A stretch of DNA of 64,000 nucleotides, taken from NCBI GenBank assembly GCA_003141235.1, contig PLLL01000092.1, positions 1,891 through 65,890 on the forward strand, written 5' to 3'. Below the pieces are notes generated by a model. That model was given only the letters and a program-made list of their open reading frames with translations. It did no database searches and was not told where the DNA came from. Numbering within the stretch: the first letter of the stretch is position 1; every line of letters begins with the position of its first letter. The position numbers and the translations under genes are program-made. This DNA comes from Dehalococcoidia bacterium. Its GTDB lineage: Bacteria > Chloroflexota > Dehalococcoidia > Dehalococcoidales > RBG-16-60-22. Positions 48,003 through 57,748 of the stretch are shown here, piece after piece.

Positions 48003-48992
48003 GTGGTTAGAAAAATGGAAGAAGCTATCGTTCGGAAAATACAAAGCGCCGCGAACAAAGTAAAGGAAAACGTCGAGTGCGTTATCGTCGGCAAGAGCGA
48101 GGTGGTCGAGCTGGCCATCGTCGCCCTGCTTTGTGAAGGGCACATACTTTTCGAGGACGTGCCGGGGCTGGGCAAAACCGTCCTGGCCAAATCGCTGGCT
48201 AAATCGCTCGGGTGCAGTTTCCGGCGCATTCAGTGCACGCCGGACCTTTTGCCTTCGGATATAACCGGCACGTATATCTTTAACCAGAAAACGGCGGATT
48301 TCGAATTCCGCGCCGGGCCGATCATGTCGCAGGTAGTCCTGGCGGATGAAATCAACCGCGCCACCCCGCGGACGCAGTCGGCCTTGCTGGAAGCGATGCA
48401 GGAGCGCCAGGTCACCGCCGAGGGCGATACCAAAATGCTGCCCCGTCCTTTCCTGGTGATGGCCACGCAGAACCCCATCGAGCTTGAGGGCACTTTCCCC
48501 CTCCCCGAAGCCCAACTCGACCGCTTTCTTTTAAAAATACAGGTAGGCTACCCTTCGGCTGAAGACGACCGCCTGATACTGTCCCGCTTCCGCCGTTCCG
48601 ACCCTCTGGAAGAGCTGGCGCCGGTAATTTCCGCCGCCGACCTCCTTAAAATGCAGCAGGAATGCCGTGAGGTGCATGTCGCCGCTGATGTGGAGGATTA
48701 CATCATCCGCCTCATCCATGCCACCCGGAAGCACAGCTCTATTGAGCTAGGGGCCAGCCCGCGCGCCATGCTGGCGCTATTAAATGCCGCCCAGGCCCTG
48801 GCGGTGATAAGGGGTCGGGCTTTCGTCACCCCCGACGATGTAAAATACCTGCTCATGCCCGTATTAATCCACCGCATTATTCCTAAATCCGAGAGCCGGC
48901 TGCACGGCCGTAAGGCCGAACAGGCCTTAAAAGAGATTATGAACTCGGTAGCCGTGCCCGTGGAAGAAGAACCCGTCACCGGGGAGAGGTAG
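48003..48992 (+). CDS. MoxR-family AAA+ ATPase
   Basis: Walker A EDVPGLGKT, Walker B VVLADEINRA and a typical MoxR length. The start could be GTG 48003 or ATG 48015. Confidence 0.9.
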   Translation: MVRKMEEAIVRKIQSAANKVKENVECVIVGKSEVVELAIVALLCEGHILFEDVPGLGKTVLAKSLAKSLGCSFRRIQCTPDLLPSDITGTYIFNQKTADFEFRAGPIMSQVVLADEINRATPRTQSALLEAMQERQVTAEGDTKMLPRPFLVMATQNPIELEGTFPLPEAQLDRFLLKIQVGYPSAEDDRLILSRFRRSDPLEELAPVISAADLLKMQQECREVHVAADVEDYIIRLIHATRKHSSIELGASPRAMLALLNAAQALAVIRGRAFVTPDDVKYLLMPVLIHRIIPKSESRLHGRKAEQALKEIMNSVAVPVEEEPVTGER

Positions 48993-48994
48993 CG

Positions 48995-50218
48995 ATGCGG
49001 GGCGATTACTGGCTTCTTATCGCGGTATTAATCCTGATTGTCAGCTTGGCCATGCAGCAGGTACAGTTGGCCCTGGTTTGTGTGCTGTTCCTGCTCACCG
49101 GCAGCATTGCGCGGCTCTGGAACAGATTTTGCCTTAACCGCATCGAATACCGGCGGAGTCTCAGCCGGAACAGGGTCTTTTTCGGTGAGGAAATCGTCTA
49201 TGAAGTAGAGATAACCAACCGGAAACCTCTGCCGCTGCCCTGGCTGCAAATCGAAGACGAGCTGCCGGAGAGAGTCACCCTCCTCAAGGGCAAAGCCACG
49301 CCGACCACTGAAGACCGCGTTATCCTCAGCAATATGTTCCCGGTAAATATGTACCACCGGGTGAAGCGCCGCTTCCCGATGCAGTGTAACCAGAGGGGCA
49401 CTTTCATTTTCGGGCCGTCGAGTATCCGCTCCGGCGACCTGTTCGGCTTCTTCCGCCGGGAAAGGCGTATCGAGACGCTGGACTATCTCTTTGTGTACCC
49501 CCGCCTGGTGCCGCTGGAAAAGCTGGGTATTCCCTCGCGTCAGTTCTTTGGCGATATCCGTTTAAAACGGCACCTTTTCCAGGACCCGGTGCTCACCGCC
49601 GGTGTGCGGGATTATGTCCCCGGCGATAGCCTGAAACGGATTCACTGGAAGAGCACCGCCCGGCTCGGCAGGCTGCAGACCCGGATTTATGAGCCGACGA
49701 CTACTATCGACCTTAGCCTTTTCCTGGATGTGCGCACGCTTAAAGCGCCGCTTTGGGGGAGCAATTTCCAGCTCCAGGAGCTTGGCATCATCACCGCGGC
49801 GTCTATTGCCCAGTGCGCCCTGGAAGCCGGGTTCCGCGTCGGGCTCTATGTCAACCAGATAACGCGTTTTTCTCAGGGCACGGCGCGGGTGCCGCACAGC
49901 CAGCATCCCGACCAGATGCTGCGTATCCTGGAGGTACTGGCGCAGCTCCACCAGATTGAAAATACACCGATTGCCAGTTTCATCCGCCAGGAAGCCGCCA
50001 ATCTGCCCTGGGGCAGCACGCTTGTGGTCATCTCCGCCCAGCCCACGGATGAACTGCTGGGCGCTTTGCTGTACCTGAAACGGGCCGGGCGCAGCGTGGC
50101 GCTGATTAAAGTGGGCGGTACGGCCCCGGAAACAGGCGCCGGCGCTTTGACCGTTTACCACGTCACGGATAAAGTCGCCTGGGAAGTAGTGCAGGAAATC
50201 GGCCTGAAAGAGGCCTGA
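48995..50218 (+). CDS. DUF58 domain protein
   Basis: GVRDYVPGDSLKRIHWKSTARLGRLQTRIYEP is the DUF58 signature. It follows moxR by 2 nt. Confidence 0.85.
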   Translation: MRGDYWLLIAVLILIVSLAMQQVQLALVCVLFLLTGSIARLWNRFCLNRIEYRRSLSRNRVFFGEEIVYEVEITNRKPLPLPWLQIEDELPERVTLLKGKATPTTEDRVILSNMFPVNMYHRVKRRFPMQCNQRGTFIFGPSSIRSGDLFGFFRRERRIETLDYLFVYPRLVPLEKLGIPSRQFFGDIRLKRHLFQDPVLTAGVRDYVPGDSLKRIHWKSTARLGRLQTRIYEPTTTIDLSLFLDVRTLKAPLWGSNFQLQELGIITAASIAQCALEAGFRVGLYVNQITRFSQGTARVPHSQHPDQMLRILEVLAQLHQIENTPIASFIRQEAANLPWGSTLVVISAQPTDELLGALLYLKRAGRSVALIKVGGTAPETGAGALTVYHVTDKVAWEVVQEIGLKEA

Positions 50219-50252
50219 AGTTAAAAGTATTTAATATGGACACAAATTCGCT

Positions 50253-51752
50253 ATGACCAATAAATTAAAAACTCTCGACTGGCTGGCGGATGTAATTTAC
50301 CCGCTGATTATTGTCCTCATGGAGACCTTCTGGGTCTATCCCTGGCTGTTCTGGCTGGGCAGCTTTACCGGATTTTCCCCGCCGCGCCCGCCTTTGAGCC
50401 TGACTTCGGTATTCCTTACGCTGGCAGCGGCAACTCTCGCGATACGCCTTTTTCTCCGGCAGAAATGGTCGGTACATCAGGTTCAGGCGGCTATTATCGG
50501 GTGCGGACTGGTCGTTATCCTGCTGGCGCTGGGTTCAGAATACGGCGCCGGCTATGGATTTCTCAGCGGACGGTGGTTTACTTACGCCGGACAGGCGTTC
50601 AGCAATATACTTACCCGTCCTGATACTATAGTTATCGCTTTACCGGCGCTGCTGTACCTTTGGTGGCGGGGTATCGGCCTGGGGCAGATGACATTCAATT
50701 TTAAAAATATCTACCGTTCCTTCCTCCTCGGCATCGCCGCCCTTATCGCGCTGATTATTATCTGGCATTTCAGCACATCATCCGGCGATTTCTCCAAGCC
50801 CGGGGCGGGTATCGGGCTCAATGTCCTCGCCGTCTTCTTCTTCGGCCTGCTGGCCATAGCCATTTCTCACCTCTATACAATGCGCAGTACCATGCCAAAG
50901 GAAGAGGCGGCCCTGACTTCCGTCTGGCGCTGGCTGCCGATAATGCTCACCGTCATCGGCGGCATGATCGTGGTGGTTTTCGTTATTGCGGGTGTTTTTT
51001 CCCCCGGATTTTTCGCCGCCGTCGGAAATATCCTGGGGGCTGTCTTCCACTTCTTGGGGAAGATATTCGATTATGTGCTGGTTCCTGTTAACTTCCTGTT
51101 CGAAGGCATCATCTGGGTGCTGCGGTGGCTGATTAGTTTATTGCGCGGTAACCAGGTTCAGCAGCCCAATAGCTCCGGCAATATGTCTTTGAAGGATATG
51201 TTCCCCGCAACGACCCCGGTAGAGTTATCGCCGATATTGTATGCTGTGATTAAGTGGGTGGTGCTCGCGGTAATTATCGCTGCGGTGATTTTTATATTGG
51301 CTAAAGCCGTCTCCCGCTTTCGCGACCGGCGCGCTGGAGAGGAGATAGAAGAAATCCACGAATCGCTCTTTAGCTGGCGCGGCCTCGGTAACGATTTACG
51401 GGAGCTTCTAGGCATGATGGGCAAAAAGTTCCAGCGTAAAGGTGCGCCGCTGGCCGCAGGTTATCCTGATGATGATGAATCACGCCGGATGGATATCCGT
51501 GAGATATACTGGCACCTGCTCCGGGAAGCGGACCGTTCCGGGCATAAACGCAGCCGCCATGAGACACCGGAGGAATACTCAGGACGCTTAGGCCGGGCAG
51601 TGCCGGAAAGCCGTGAACATGTAACACGGCTCACCGACATGTACACGGGCGTCCGCTATGGAGAAACCGGACTGCCGGAAGAAAAGGTGGATAGCGCCAA
51701 TAGCCTGTGGCGGATACTGCGCGCCCTTTTAAGAGGACTAAGGGGAGAATAG
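50253..51752 (+). CDS. polytopic membrane protein with C-terminal DUF4129-like domain
   Basis: Multiple TM helices followed by ...EIYWHLLREADRSGHKRSRHETPEEYSGRL (DUF4129-like). I saw no transglutaminase C-H-D core. Confidence 0.6.
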   Translation: MTNKLKTLDWLADVIYPLIIVLMETFWVYPWLFWLGSFTGFSPPRPPLSLTSVFLTLAAATLAIRLFLRQKWSVHQVQAAIIGCGLVVILLALGSEYGAGYGFLSGRWFTYAGQAFSNILTRPDTIVIALPALLYLWWRGIGLGQMTFNFKNIYRSFLLGIAALIALIIIWHFSTSSGDFSKPGAGIGLNVLAVFFFGLLAIAISHLYTMRSTMPKEEAALTSVWRWLPIMLTVIGGMIVVVFVIAGVFSPGFFAAVGNILGAVFHFLGKIFDYVLVPVNFLFEGIIWVLRWLISLLRGNQVQQPNSSGNMSLKDMFPATTPVELSPILYAVIKWVVLAVIIAAVIFILAKAVSRFRDRRAGEEIEEIHESLFSWRGLGNDLRELLGMMGKKFQRKGAPLAAGYPDDDESRRMDIREIYWHLLREADRSGHKRSRHETPEEYSGRLGRAVPESREHVTRLTDMYTGVRYGETGLPEEKVDSANSLWRILRALLRGLRGE

Positions 51753-51862
51753 GGGTGGATTTTAAACACGCCCCTGCATAAACCTCGTCCGCTAAGACTT
51801 TTTAGCCGGATTTTCTATCACGTTAAGTTAGATTCAGGTCGGGTAGCGCCGTCGCGCAGAAC

Positions 51863-52294
51863 CTATTTTTTATCTCCGCCGTACATGCTTTTCGGCCCGG
51901 TGGAGAAGTGGAAAATCGGCCGGTAAAGCTTGGTTACCCTGAGCGGACAGTGCTTCATGCCTTTGGGGATATAGGCTAAGAAAGTTTTCGTCATTACGTG
52001 TTTTTCACCGTCGAGCCATAGCTCGACCTCGCCCCCAAGGTCATGGACATCTTCCGGGTTGGTCCCGAAGAAACCCAGTATTTCATCGAAATCGTGGACA
52101 TGGGCTTCCGGGCCGGGGCCGGTCGCTTTCCAGAACCAGGTGGTAGCCATGTAGAACGCGCCTTTGACAACTTCGGAATCCAGGTACAGCACGCGCTCAC
52201 GCACATCGGTTTCAGGTACATGAGCTTTGTCCAGAAACTGAATCGGGCCTTCGTTCGCTTTTGTCTCGGTGACGATATACTTATCGGTTTTCAT
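51863..52294 (-). CDS. cupin domain protein (paralog A)
   Basis: HVHDFDEILGFFG and YIPKGMKHCP fit cupin motifs 1 and 2. I place the start at MKTDKY (52294). It is a paralog of 56309..56758. Confidence 0.65.
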   Translation of the reverse strand: MKTDKYIVTETKANEGPIQFLDKAHVPETDVRERVLYLDSEVVKGAFYMATTWFWKATGPGPEAHVHDFDEILGFFGTNPEDVHDLGGEVELWLDGEKHVMTKTFLAYIPKGMKHCPLRVTKLYRPIFHFSTGPKSMYGGDKK

Positions 52295-52436
52295 ATTTTC
52301 CCGTTCCTTTCGCCGCGATTTCGCCTTATTATCTTTCACGTTTTAACATAAGTATGAAGTTTCTGTCAAATGTAAAAACTCCAGAGGTGCGGATATTTCC
52401 CGGAAATATAATCTTGAACAGAGTCACCGGAAACAG

Positions 52437-52465
52437 AAACTCCCCCTTCTTAAAAGGGGGAGTTT
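52437..52465 (-). terminator. bidirectional-type terminator hairpin after the beta-oxidation-like operon
   Basis: AAACTCCCCC(52437-46)/GGGGGAGTTT(52456-65), a 10-bp stem flanked by an A-run and a T-run, 42 nt after the dehydrogenase stop. Confidence 0.65.
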
Positions 52466-52506
52466 GAATTTAATCGGTGCTCTCTTAAATGAGACGGTCT
52501 GACTAT

Positions 52507-53373
52507 TTATTTCTTATACTCGTAAAAACCCTTGCCGGTCTTACGCCCCAGCCAGCCCAGCGCCATCATCCGGGTCAACAGCGGCGGGGGGGCATACTGG
52601 GGGTCATGCAGTTCTTCATACATCGCTTTTGCCCCGCGATAGACCGTATCGATACCGACGAAGTCCAGCGTTTCCAGCGGCCCCATCGCATGGCCCACAC
52701 CCAGCTTAAAAACGGTGTCGATATCCTCCGGCGTGGCTATACCATCCTGGACCAGGCGGACAGCATTCAGCAGGAAGGATGAGAAAATACGGTTGGAAAT
52801 GAAACCCGGCAGGTCTTTGGTCAAGACTACCGTCTTCCCGATAGATGCGCCGAAGCTCTTGCCGTCGGCAATCGTGGCTTCGCTGGTGGCGATGGTTTTT
52901 ATCATTTCCAGTATTTTGGTGACGGGGACGGGATTGGCAAAATGCATGCCCAGCACCTTTTCGGGGCGCTTGGTTGCACCGGCAATTTCCGCTACGCATA
53001 ATACTGAAGTATTCGTGGCCAGAATTGCGTGAGGCGGGCAGTATTTATCAAGCTGGGTAAAGATTGACTTCTTGATGTTCATATCCTCGGTCGCCGCCTC
53101 AATAACGATATCGATAGCGGAGAAATCGGCCATATTTGTCGTGCCTTTAATGCGGCCCAGGATGGCGCTTTTATCTTCCGCCTTCATTTTCCCTTTTTCG
53201 ACCTGGCGGCCAAGCGCGCCGTCAATTAACTTCAACCCCTTTTGCAGCAGGGCATCATTGATTTCCGAGACAATGACATTGTAACCTGACTGCGCGCACA
53301 GCTGGGCGATACCCGCCCCCATAATGCCGCACCCGACGACGCCTACTTTTTTTATTTCCATTTTCCGAGTCAC
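52507..53373 (-). CDS. 3-hydroxyacyl-CoA (3-hydroxybutyryl-CoA) dehydrogenase
   Basis: Rossmann motif VGVVGCGIMGAGIA and the typical HBD C-terminal domain. 288 aa. Confidence 0.9.
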   Translation of the reverse strand: MTRKMEIKKVGVVGCGIMGAGIAQLCAQSGYNVIVSEINDALLQKGLKLIDGALGRQVEKGKMKAEDKSAILGRIKGTTNMADFSAIDIVIEAATEDMNIKKSIFTQLDKYCPPHAILATNTSVLCVAEIAGATKRPEKVLGMHFANPVPVTKILEMIKTIATSEATIADGKSFGASIGKTVVLTKDLPGFISNRIFSSFLLNAVRLVQDGIATPEDIDTVFKLGVGHAMGPLETLDFVGIDTVYRGAKAMYEELHDPQYAPPPLLTRMMALGWLGRKTGKGFYEYKK

Positions 53374-53430
53374 CCCCTTTATGCTTTATTTCTTGAGTAT
53401 GGTCACGGCATATTACCGGCTCTTTGTTAC

Positions 53431-54585
53431 TTACCGCATTACAATATTAATGCCGCAAACGCCTCCCTGTAATCCGCTTACCACGCCTCCCTCCATATGG
53501 GCCACGCCGATTTTAGCACCTTTAACCTGGCGTTGTCCTGCCTGATCGCGCAGGTGCCATGTAAGCTCAGCAATCTGGCGTACTCCGCTGGCGCTTAAAG
53601 GATGCCCCTGAGCCAGCAGACCGCCGCTGGGGTTAACCGGGACTTTTCCACCCAGATCAAAGTGCCCTTCCATAAGGAGGTGGGCACCTTCACCCCGCTT
53701 GCATATTCCCATGTCTTCAATATTGGGAATCTCAACTGAAGCAAAGGCATCATGGAGCTCCACGACGTCTATATCCTTAGGACCTATTCCTGCCATCTCA
53801 TAAGCTTCGGCAGACGCCTGCTCGCCCATGGTGGAGATATCCATGTCTTTTGCGAAAAGAGTGTAATCGCCGGATATGAGCGACGTGCCCACCATCCATA
53901 CAGGTTTAGTGGTGTACTGCTTCACTTTGTCTTCAGCGCAAAGTATAACCGCTGCCGCGCCGTCACTAACGGGGCTGACCATCAACTGTGTCAGAGGTTC
54001 ACAGATCATCCTTGAATTCAGCACTTCTTCCAACGTAAATACTTTCTTGTACATAGCGTAGGGATTCAAGCTGCCGTTAATGTGATTTTTAACGGATACT
54101 TGGGCAAACTGCTCGATAGTGGCTCCGTATTTATGGATGTATCGCTGCATTTGCATCGCGCCGTAAGCGGGCATGGAAAGCCCGAGCTCTCCATCTATGT
54201 CTTTCGCAACGATTGGGCCCTTTGGCATACACGTAGTCATCGAATCGACACCGACGGCCATACCGGTATCCCATCTGCCGGTGGCGATTGCATAAAATAC
54301 TTCCCTTACCGCAGTCGTTCCCCCGGCGCAGGCATTTTCTACTCTGGCCATCTCGCGGCTCACAAGTCCGACCTGCATCGCTATTTGTTGTCCCAGACAT
54401 CCCGTATCACCGAAAGCATTGGCGCAGTAAACTCCTTCGATATTCTTGGGAACTATGCCGCAATCTTTAATTGCCGCAAGACACGCTTCCGTGCCGAGAG
54501 CTACAAGACCTTTTTCCGGCTGTTTACCGAATTTGCTCATTCCTACGCCAATAACGGCTACCCGTCTCAATGGTATCTTTTTCAT
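53431..54585 (-). CDS. thiolase-domain protein (SCP-x / DUF35-partnered type)
   Basis: 384 aa with a thiolase fold (VAVIGVGMSKFGK...NACAGG...NPSGGLLAQGHPLSASG). Adjacent to the DUF35 gene. Confidence 0.8.
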   Translation of the reverse strand: MKKIPLRRVAVIGVGMSKFGKQPEKGLVALGTEACLAAIKDCGIVPKNIEGVYCANAFGDTGCLGQQIAMQVGLVSREMARVENACAGGTTAVREVFYAIATGRWDTGMAVGVDSMTTCMPKGPIVAKDIDGELGLSMPAYGAMQMQRYIHKYGATIEQFAQVSVKNHINGSLNPYAMYKKVFTLEEVLNSRMICEPLTQLMVSPVSDGAAAVILCAEDKVKQYTTKPVWMVGTSLISGDYTLFAKDMDISTMGEQASAEAYEMAGIGPKDIDVVELHDAFASVEIPNIEDMGICKRGEGAHLLMEGHFDLGGKVPVNPSGGLLAQGHPLSASGVRQIAELTWHLRDQAGQRQVKGAKIGVAHMEGGVVSGLQGGVCGINIVMR

Positions 54586-54622
54586 TTAGTATCCCCTTTC
54601 AATAATCTGCTTCCGCCCTGTT

Positions 54623-55009
54623 TTAAACCGGTCTGAATTTGTAACCGATTACTTCATCCTCACCTTTATCCCATAGTTTTTGAATCAACATTTCCATTTC
54701 CATACCGATTTCGAAAGGTTTCCCTTCGATTTTTTCAAGCACGGAAAAAAGCTTGAAACCCTCCGGAAACTCGACATAACCTGTGGAGAATGGAGCTTGA
54801 AAATGTGCAGAGTTCAGGAAGTTAGTAGTAAAGGCGAAAAGCTTTCCACGCTTGCCCAGTGGTATTGGTTCGAGGTCATTTGAAAAGCAATATTGACAGG
54901 TGATGGTCAGTGGGGGAAGCATATGATGACAGGATTTACACTTATAACCCATCAGGTTACCATCAATCCTCTCGGTAAATAAATTTTCTCTAAGCGGTAC
55001 TTTAGCCAT
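54623..55009 (-). CDS. Zn-ribbon OB-fold protein (DUF35)
   Basis: GYKCKSCHHMLPPLTITCQYC zinc ribbon plus an OB fold. I place the start at MAKVPL (55009), with AGGAGG 5 nt upstream. Confidence 0.8.
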   Translation of the reverse strand: MAKVPLRENLFTERIDGNLMGYKCKSCHHMLPPLTITCQYCFSNDLEPIPLGKRGKLFAFTTNFLNSAHFQAPFSTGYVEFPEGFKLFSVLEKIEGKPFEIGMEMEMLIQKLWDKGEDEVIGYKFRPV

Positions 55010-55058
55010 GTACCCTCCTTCCAATTTGATTATTTTTCGCCTTATTAGTAACCTTTAA

Positions 55059-55850
55059 TTATCTACCTTTGAAGTTGGGTTTTCTCTTTTCCAGGAAGGC
55101 CTTCATGCCTTCCTCTTTATCTTCCGAGGTGCTGTCAATCAGCGAGTACATTATCGCCAGCTCCAGGTTGGTGCTGGCATTGACCATGGAAACCTTGTTG
55201 ATGTACCACTTGGAAAGTTTTAAGGCGACCGGGCTCTTGGTGCAGAGCTCGGCGGCCAGTTCCGCGACGGCGCTATCCAGCTTTTCGAGGGGCACGGACT
55301 GGTTCACCAGCCCGATTTCTGCGGCCTCTTTACCGGAGAGGCGCTTACCCGTCAGGACTAATTCTTTGGTTTTGCGCATGCCCACCAGTAAAGATAGCCG
55401 GTAGACGCATCCCCCGCCCCCGAACAGGCCGACATTGATATGCTGGTCGCCGATTTTAGCATCATCGGCGGCGATAACGAGGTCGGTGGCCAGCATCAAC
55501 TCAAAGCCTCCGGCCAGGCAGTGCCCGTGCACCTGCGCGATGACCGGTTTGCTTAAGCCTTCCATCTTTTCCAGCGCCATCTGGTTGCCCAGCCGGAATA
55601 AATCCTGCTGGTCTTGCAGCGTTTTCAGTTCTTCCGAGGCGAATTTAAGGTCGACACCGGCGCAGAAGGCCCTGCCTGCCCCTTTTATCACCACCACGCG
55701 CGTATTAACATCCTGCTCTGCGTCATCCAGGGCCTGGCCTATCTCCAGGAACATCGTCCGGGTCATGGCATTCATGGCCTCGGGGCGGTTTAAAGTAATC
55801 CGGGCGACGCAGTCTTTCTTTTCATAGATAATGGTCTGGAATTTATTCAT
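55059..55850 (-). CDS. enoyl-CoA hydratase/isomerase (crotonase) family protein
   Basis: ITLNRPEAMNAM...VVIKGAGRAFCAGVDL...HGHCLAGGFEL. The likely start is ATG 55850 (GAGGTGG upstream); the track ORF begins at GTG 55859. Confidence 0.9.
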   Translation of the reverse strand: MNKFQTIIYEKKDCVARITLNRPEAMNAMTRTMFLEIGQALDDAEQDVNTRVVVIKGAGRAFCAGVDLKFASEELKTLQDQQDLFRLGNQMALEKMEGLSKPVIAQVHGHCLAGGFELMLATDLVIAADDAKIGDQHINVGLFGGGGCVYRLSLLVGMRKTKELVLTGKRLSGKEAAEIGLVNQSVPLEKLDSAVAELAAELCTKSPVALKLSKWYINKVSMVNASTNLELAIMYSLIDSTSEDKEEGMKAFLEKRKPNFKGR

Positions 55851-55943
55851 CGTTTCCACCTCTATAGTGTGGCATTAATCAATCGGGAAATAAAATCACA
55901 TCGTGTTCAAAGATATCAATCAGAAGATACCCCAAACGACAAT

Positions 55944-55954
55944 ATTATACCACA
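55944..55954 (-). promoter_or_regulatory. extended -10 promoter element (TGTGGTATAAT) for the crotonase operon
   Basis: The minus strand reads TGTGGTATAAT. The same 11-mer occurs upstream of the CocE/NonD gene at 61314-61324. Confidence 0.55.
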
Positions 55955-56015
55955 GGCACGATTTACTGGCGAGAGCCGATATTATTGGCTTTATTTACAT
56001 TTGGTTGGAAAAGCT

Positions 56016-56194
56016 GCCTCACCCCTAGCCCCTCTCCAGCCTGAAGCCGTATGTTGGAGAAAAATACATTTGGCTGGAGAGGGGAGTATAAAAGAGAGGG
56101 GCGAAGCCCCTCTCTTAACTCTTCCCCCTTTCCGAACAGGATATCTCTGCTCATATCAGATGCTCCGTTTGGAGAGGGGGCAAGGGGGTGAGGC
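56016..56194. repeat. nested-palindrome intergenic element (CCCCTCTCC/GGAGAGGGG family)
   Basis: Outer imperfect inverted repeat GCCTCACCCCTAGCCCCTCTCCA (56016-38) / TGGAGAGGGGGCAAGGGGGTGAGGC (56170-94). Inner perfect 13-bp inverted repeat CCCCTCTCCAGCC (56029-41) / GGCTGGAGAGGGG (56072-84). A 10-bp hairpin AGAGAGGGGC-GAA-GCCCCTCTCT lies at 56093-115. Confidence 0.7.
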
Positions 56195-56308
56195 TAGGTA
56201 AATGAAATAACTAAAAACAAACGGAACCCTGTTATCATAATACGAACAGGTGTAAACCATTAACAAAAGTGGTAAGCTAATAAAAAACAGCAAGGGAGGG
56301 ATATCAGC

Positions 56309-56758
56309 ATGGCTACAAGAAAATACGAGAAGCACTTTTTCCCCAACCCGTTAATCAAAGGCACCGGTGTTAAACACCGGATCGTCATGCAGGGCAGCAA
56401 GACCGGCTTTGACGGGCTGATGAAAAATTACTGGCTCCGGTGGAACTGCATCACTAAGCCCGTATCTATGGGCGATCCGCATACCCATGATTTCGATGAA
56501 ATTTTCCATTTCTTCGGCGCTGATGCCAGTGACATCTCGGACTTTCAGGCCGTCGTCGAATTTCATATGGGCGAAGAAGATGAAATTTACAGGTTTGATA
56601 AACCTACGATTGTCTACATTCCCAAAGGGCTGAAGCACGCGCCGATTGATATAAAAGTAGTCAAGAAGCCCATTATTTTTATGAACGTTGCCAATGCGCC
56701 CGGTTTCGTTATGCTGGTTGACGGTAAGCCTGTAGTGCCCGATGACATCAAACCGTAG
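56309..56758 (+). CDS. cupin domain protein (paralog B)
   Basis: GDPHTHDFDEIFHFFG (G..HxH...E.....G) and YIPKGLKHAP (PxGxxH) are cupin motifs 1 and 2. 149 aa. Confidence 0.7.
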   Translation: MATRKYEKHFFPNPLIKGTGVKHRIVMQGSKTGFDGLMKNYWLRWNCITKPVSMGDPHTHDFDEIFHFFGADASDISDFQAVVEFHMGEEDEIYRFDKPTIVYIPKGLKHAPIDIKVVKKPIIFMNVANAPGFVMLVDGKPVVPDDIKP

Positions 56759-56839
56759 CTAACGAGTATGTATTAAAATTTAAAACACATCTTTAAAAGA
56801 CGAATCGTCGCATTCGTCAGAGTAAATGCCTATTGAAAG

Positions 56840-56867
56840 GGGGGTGGGTTTTCCCGCCCCCTTTTTT
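56840..56867 (+). terminator. intrinsic terminator after cupin paralog B
   Basis: A 9-bp GC stem (56840-48 / 56853-61) with a TTTT loop, followed by TTTTTT. Confidence 0.85.
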
Positions 56868-57142
56868 CGCCCCGGAGTAGACCGCATCTTCTGTTTGACT
56901 TAATGTTGCCACTCATATTAATTCTCTCGTTTTCACCCACCCGAATTAAAGATACGCAATATTTATGTTTATCACGCTATTTGTTATCTTAATGAATGCC
57001 GCGATTATTGTGTAATGTTTTTGAGATAACCGGGCCGGATAGTGTGACAAATCCGTGATGGGGATAGTCCATACTGGTATAGTTAGTATCAAACGCTTAA
57101 TTGCGGACAAACAGAAATAATTGAAGGAGCTACCAGGCTAAT

Positions 57143-57730
57143 ATGACACAGCAAAACGCCGCTCCGGAAAAGCCCCCGAAAAAGAAAAAGAAACACATCG
57201 TCGGGAAAATCATTTTATTGGTAATTGTGCTTGTTATCGGGCTGGGAGCGCTTTTATTCTTTAAGGTGCCGCAGAACATCGGCCTGATAAAATCGCCGGC
57301 GGAAAAAATGTTTGCGACGACGCCGGACAGGGAAAAAGCCGCGACAATTATGACCAACCTTCAGCAGGCCGGTCTGAATACAACTGGCGTTGAAGTCTAT
57401 GTGATGCCCGTGGCCGGCACCAACGATAGCGTGGCTTTTGTCGTCCTCGATGCCTCCCTTGGCTTCGATATCAGCGCTTCTAAGTCTGTCGACCCCGTTA
57501 AGGACTTTATAAAAGTAATTTCCGCGGCGCAGGCCAGCGGCGTCAACCGCGCGGCGGTAACCTATTTCAATGAACAGGGGAAAGCATTAATAACGGCCAC
57601 GTTACCCACGGCGGACGCGCTCGCTTTTTCCCAGAACAAGATTACCGCCCAGCAACTTATGAAAAAGGTCGATGTGGGCACGGAAGATACCGCGGCTTTC
57701 GTTAACGAAGTTTTAAAGCAAATTAAGTAA
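57143..57730 (+). CDS. single-pass membrane protein (195 aa), unknown function
   Basis: Lys-rich N-terminus (PPKKKKKH), one TM helix, then a soluble domain. AAGGAG lies upstream. Confidence 0.6.
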   Translation: MTQQNAAPEKPPKKKKKHIVGKIILLVIVLVIGLGALLFFKVPQNIGLIKSPAEKMFATTPDREKAATIMTNLQQAGLNTTGVEVYVMPVAGTNDSVAFVVLDASLGFDISASKSVDPVKDFIKVISAAQASGVNRAAVTYFNEQGKALITATLPTADALAFSQNKITAQQLMKKVDVGTEDTAAFVNEVLKQIK

Positions 57731-57748
57731 GCATAAAGCGAGGCTGCC

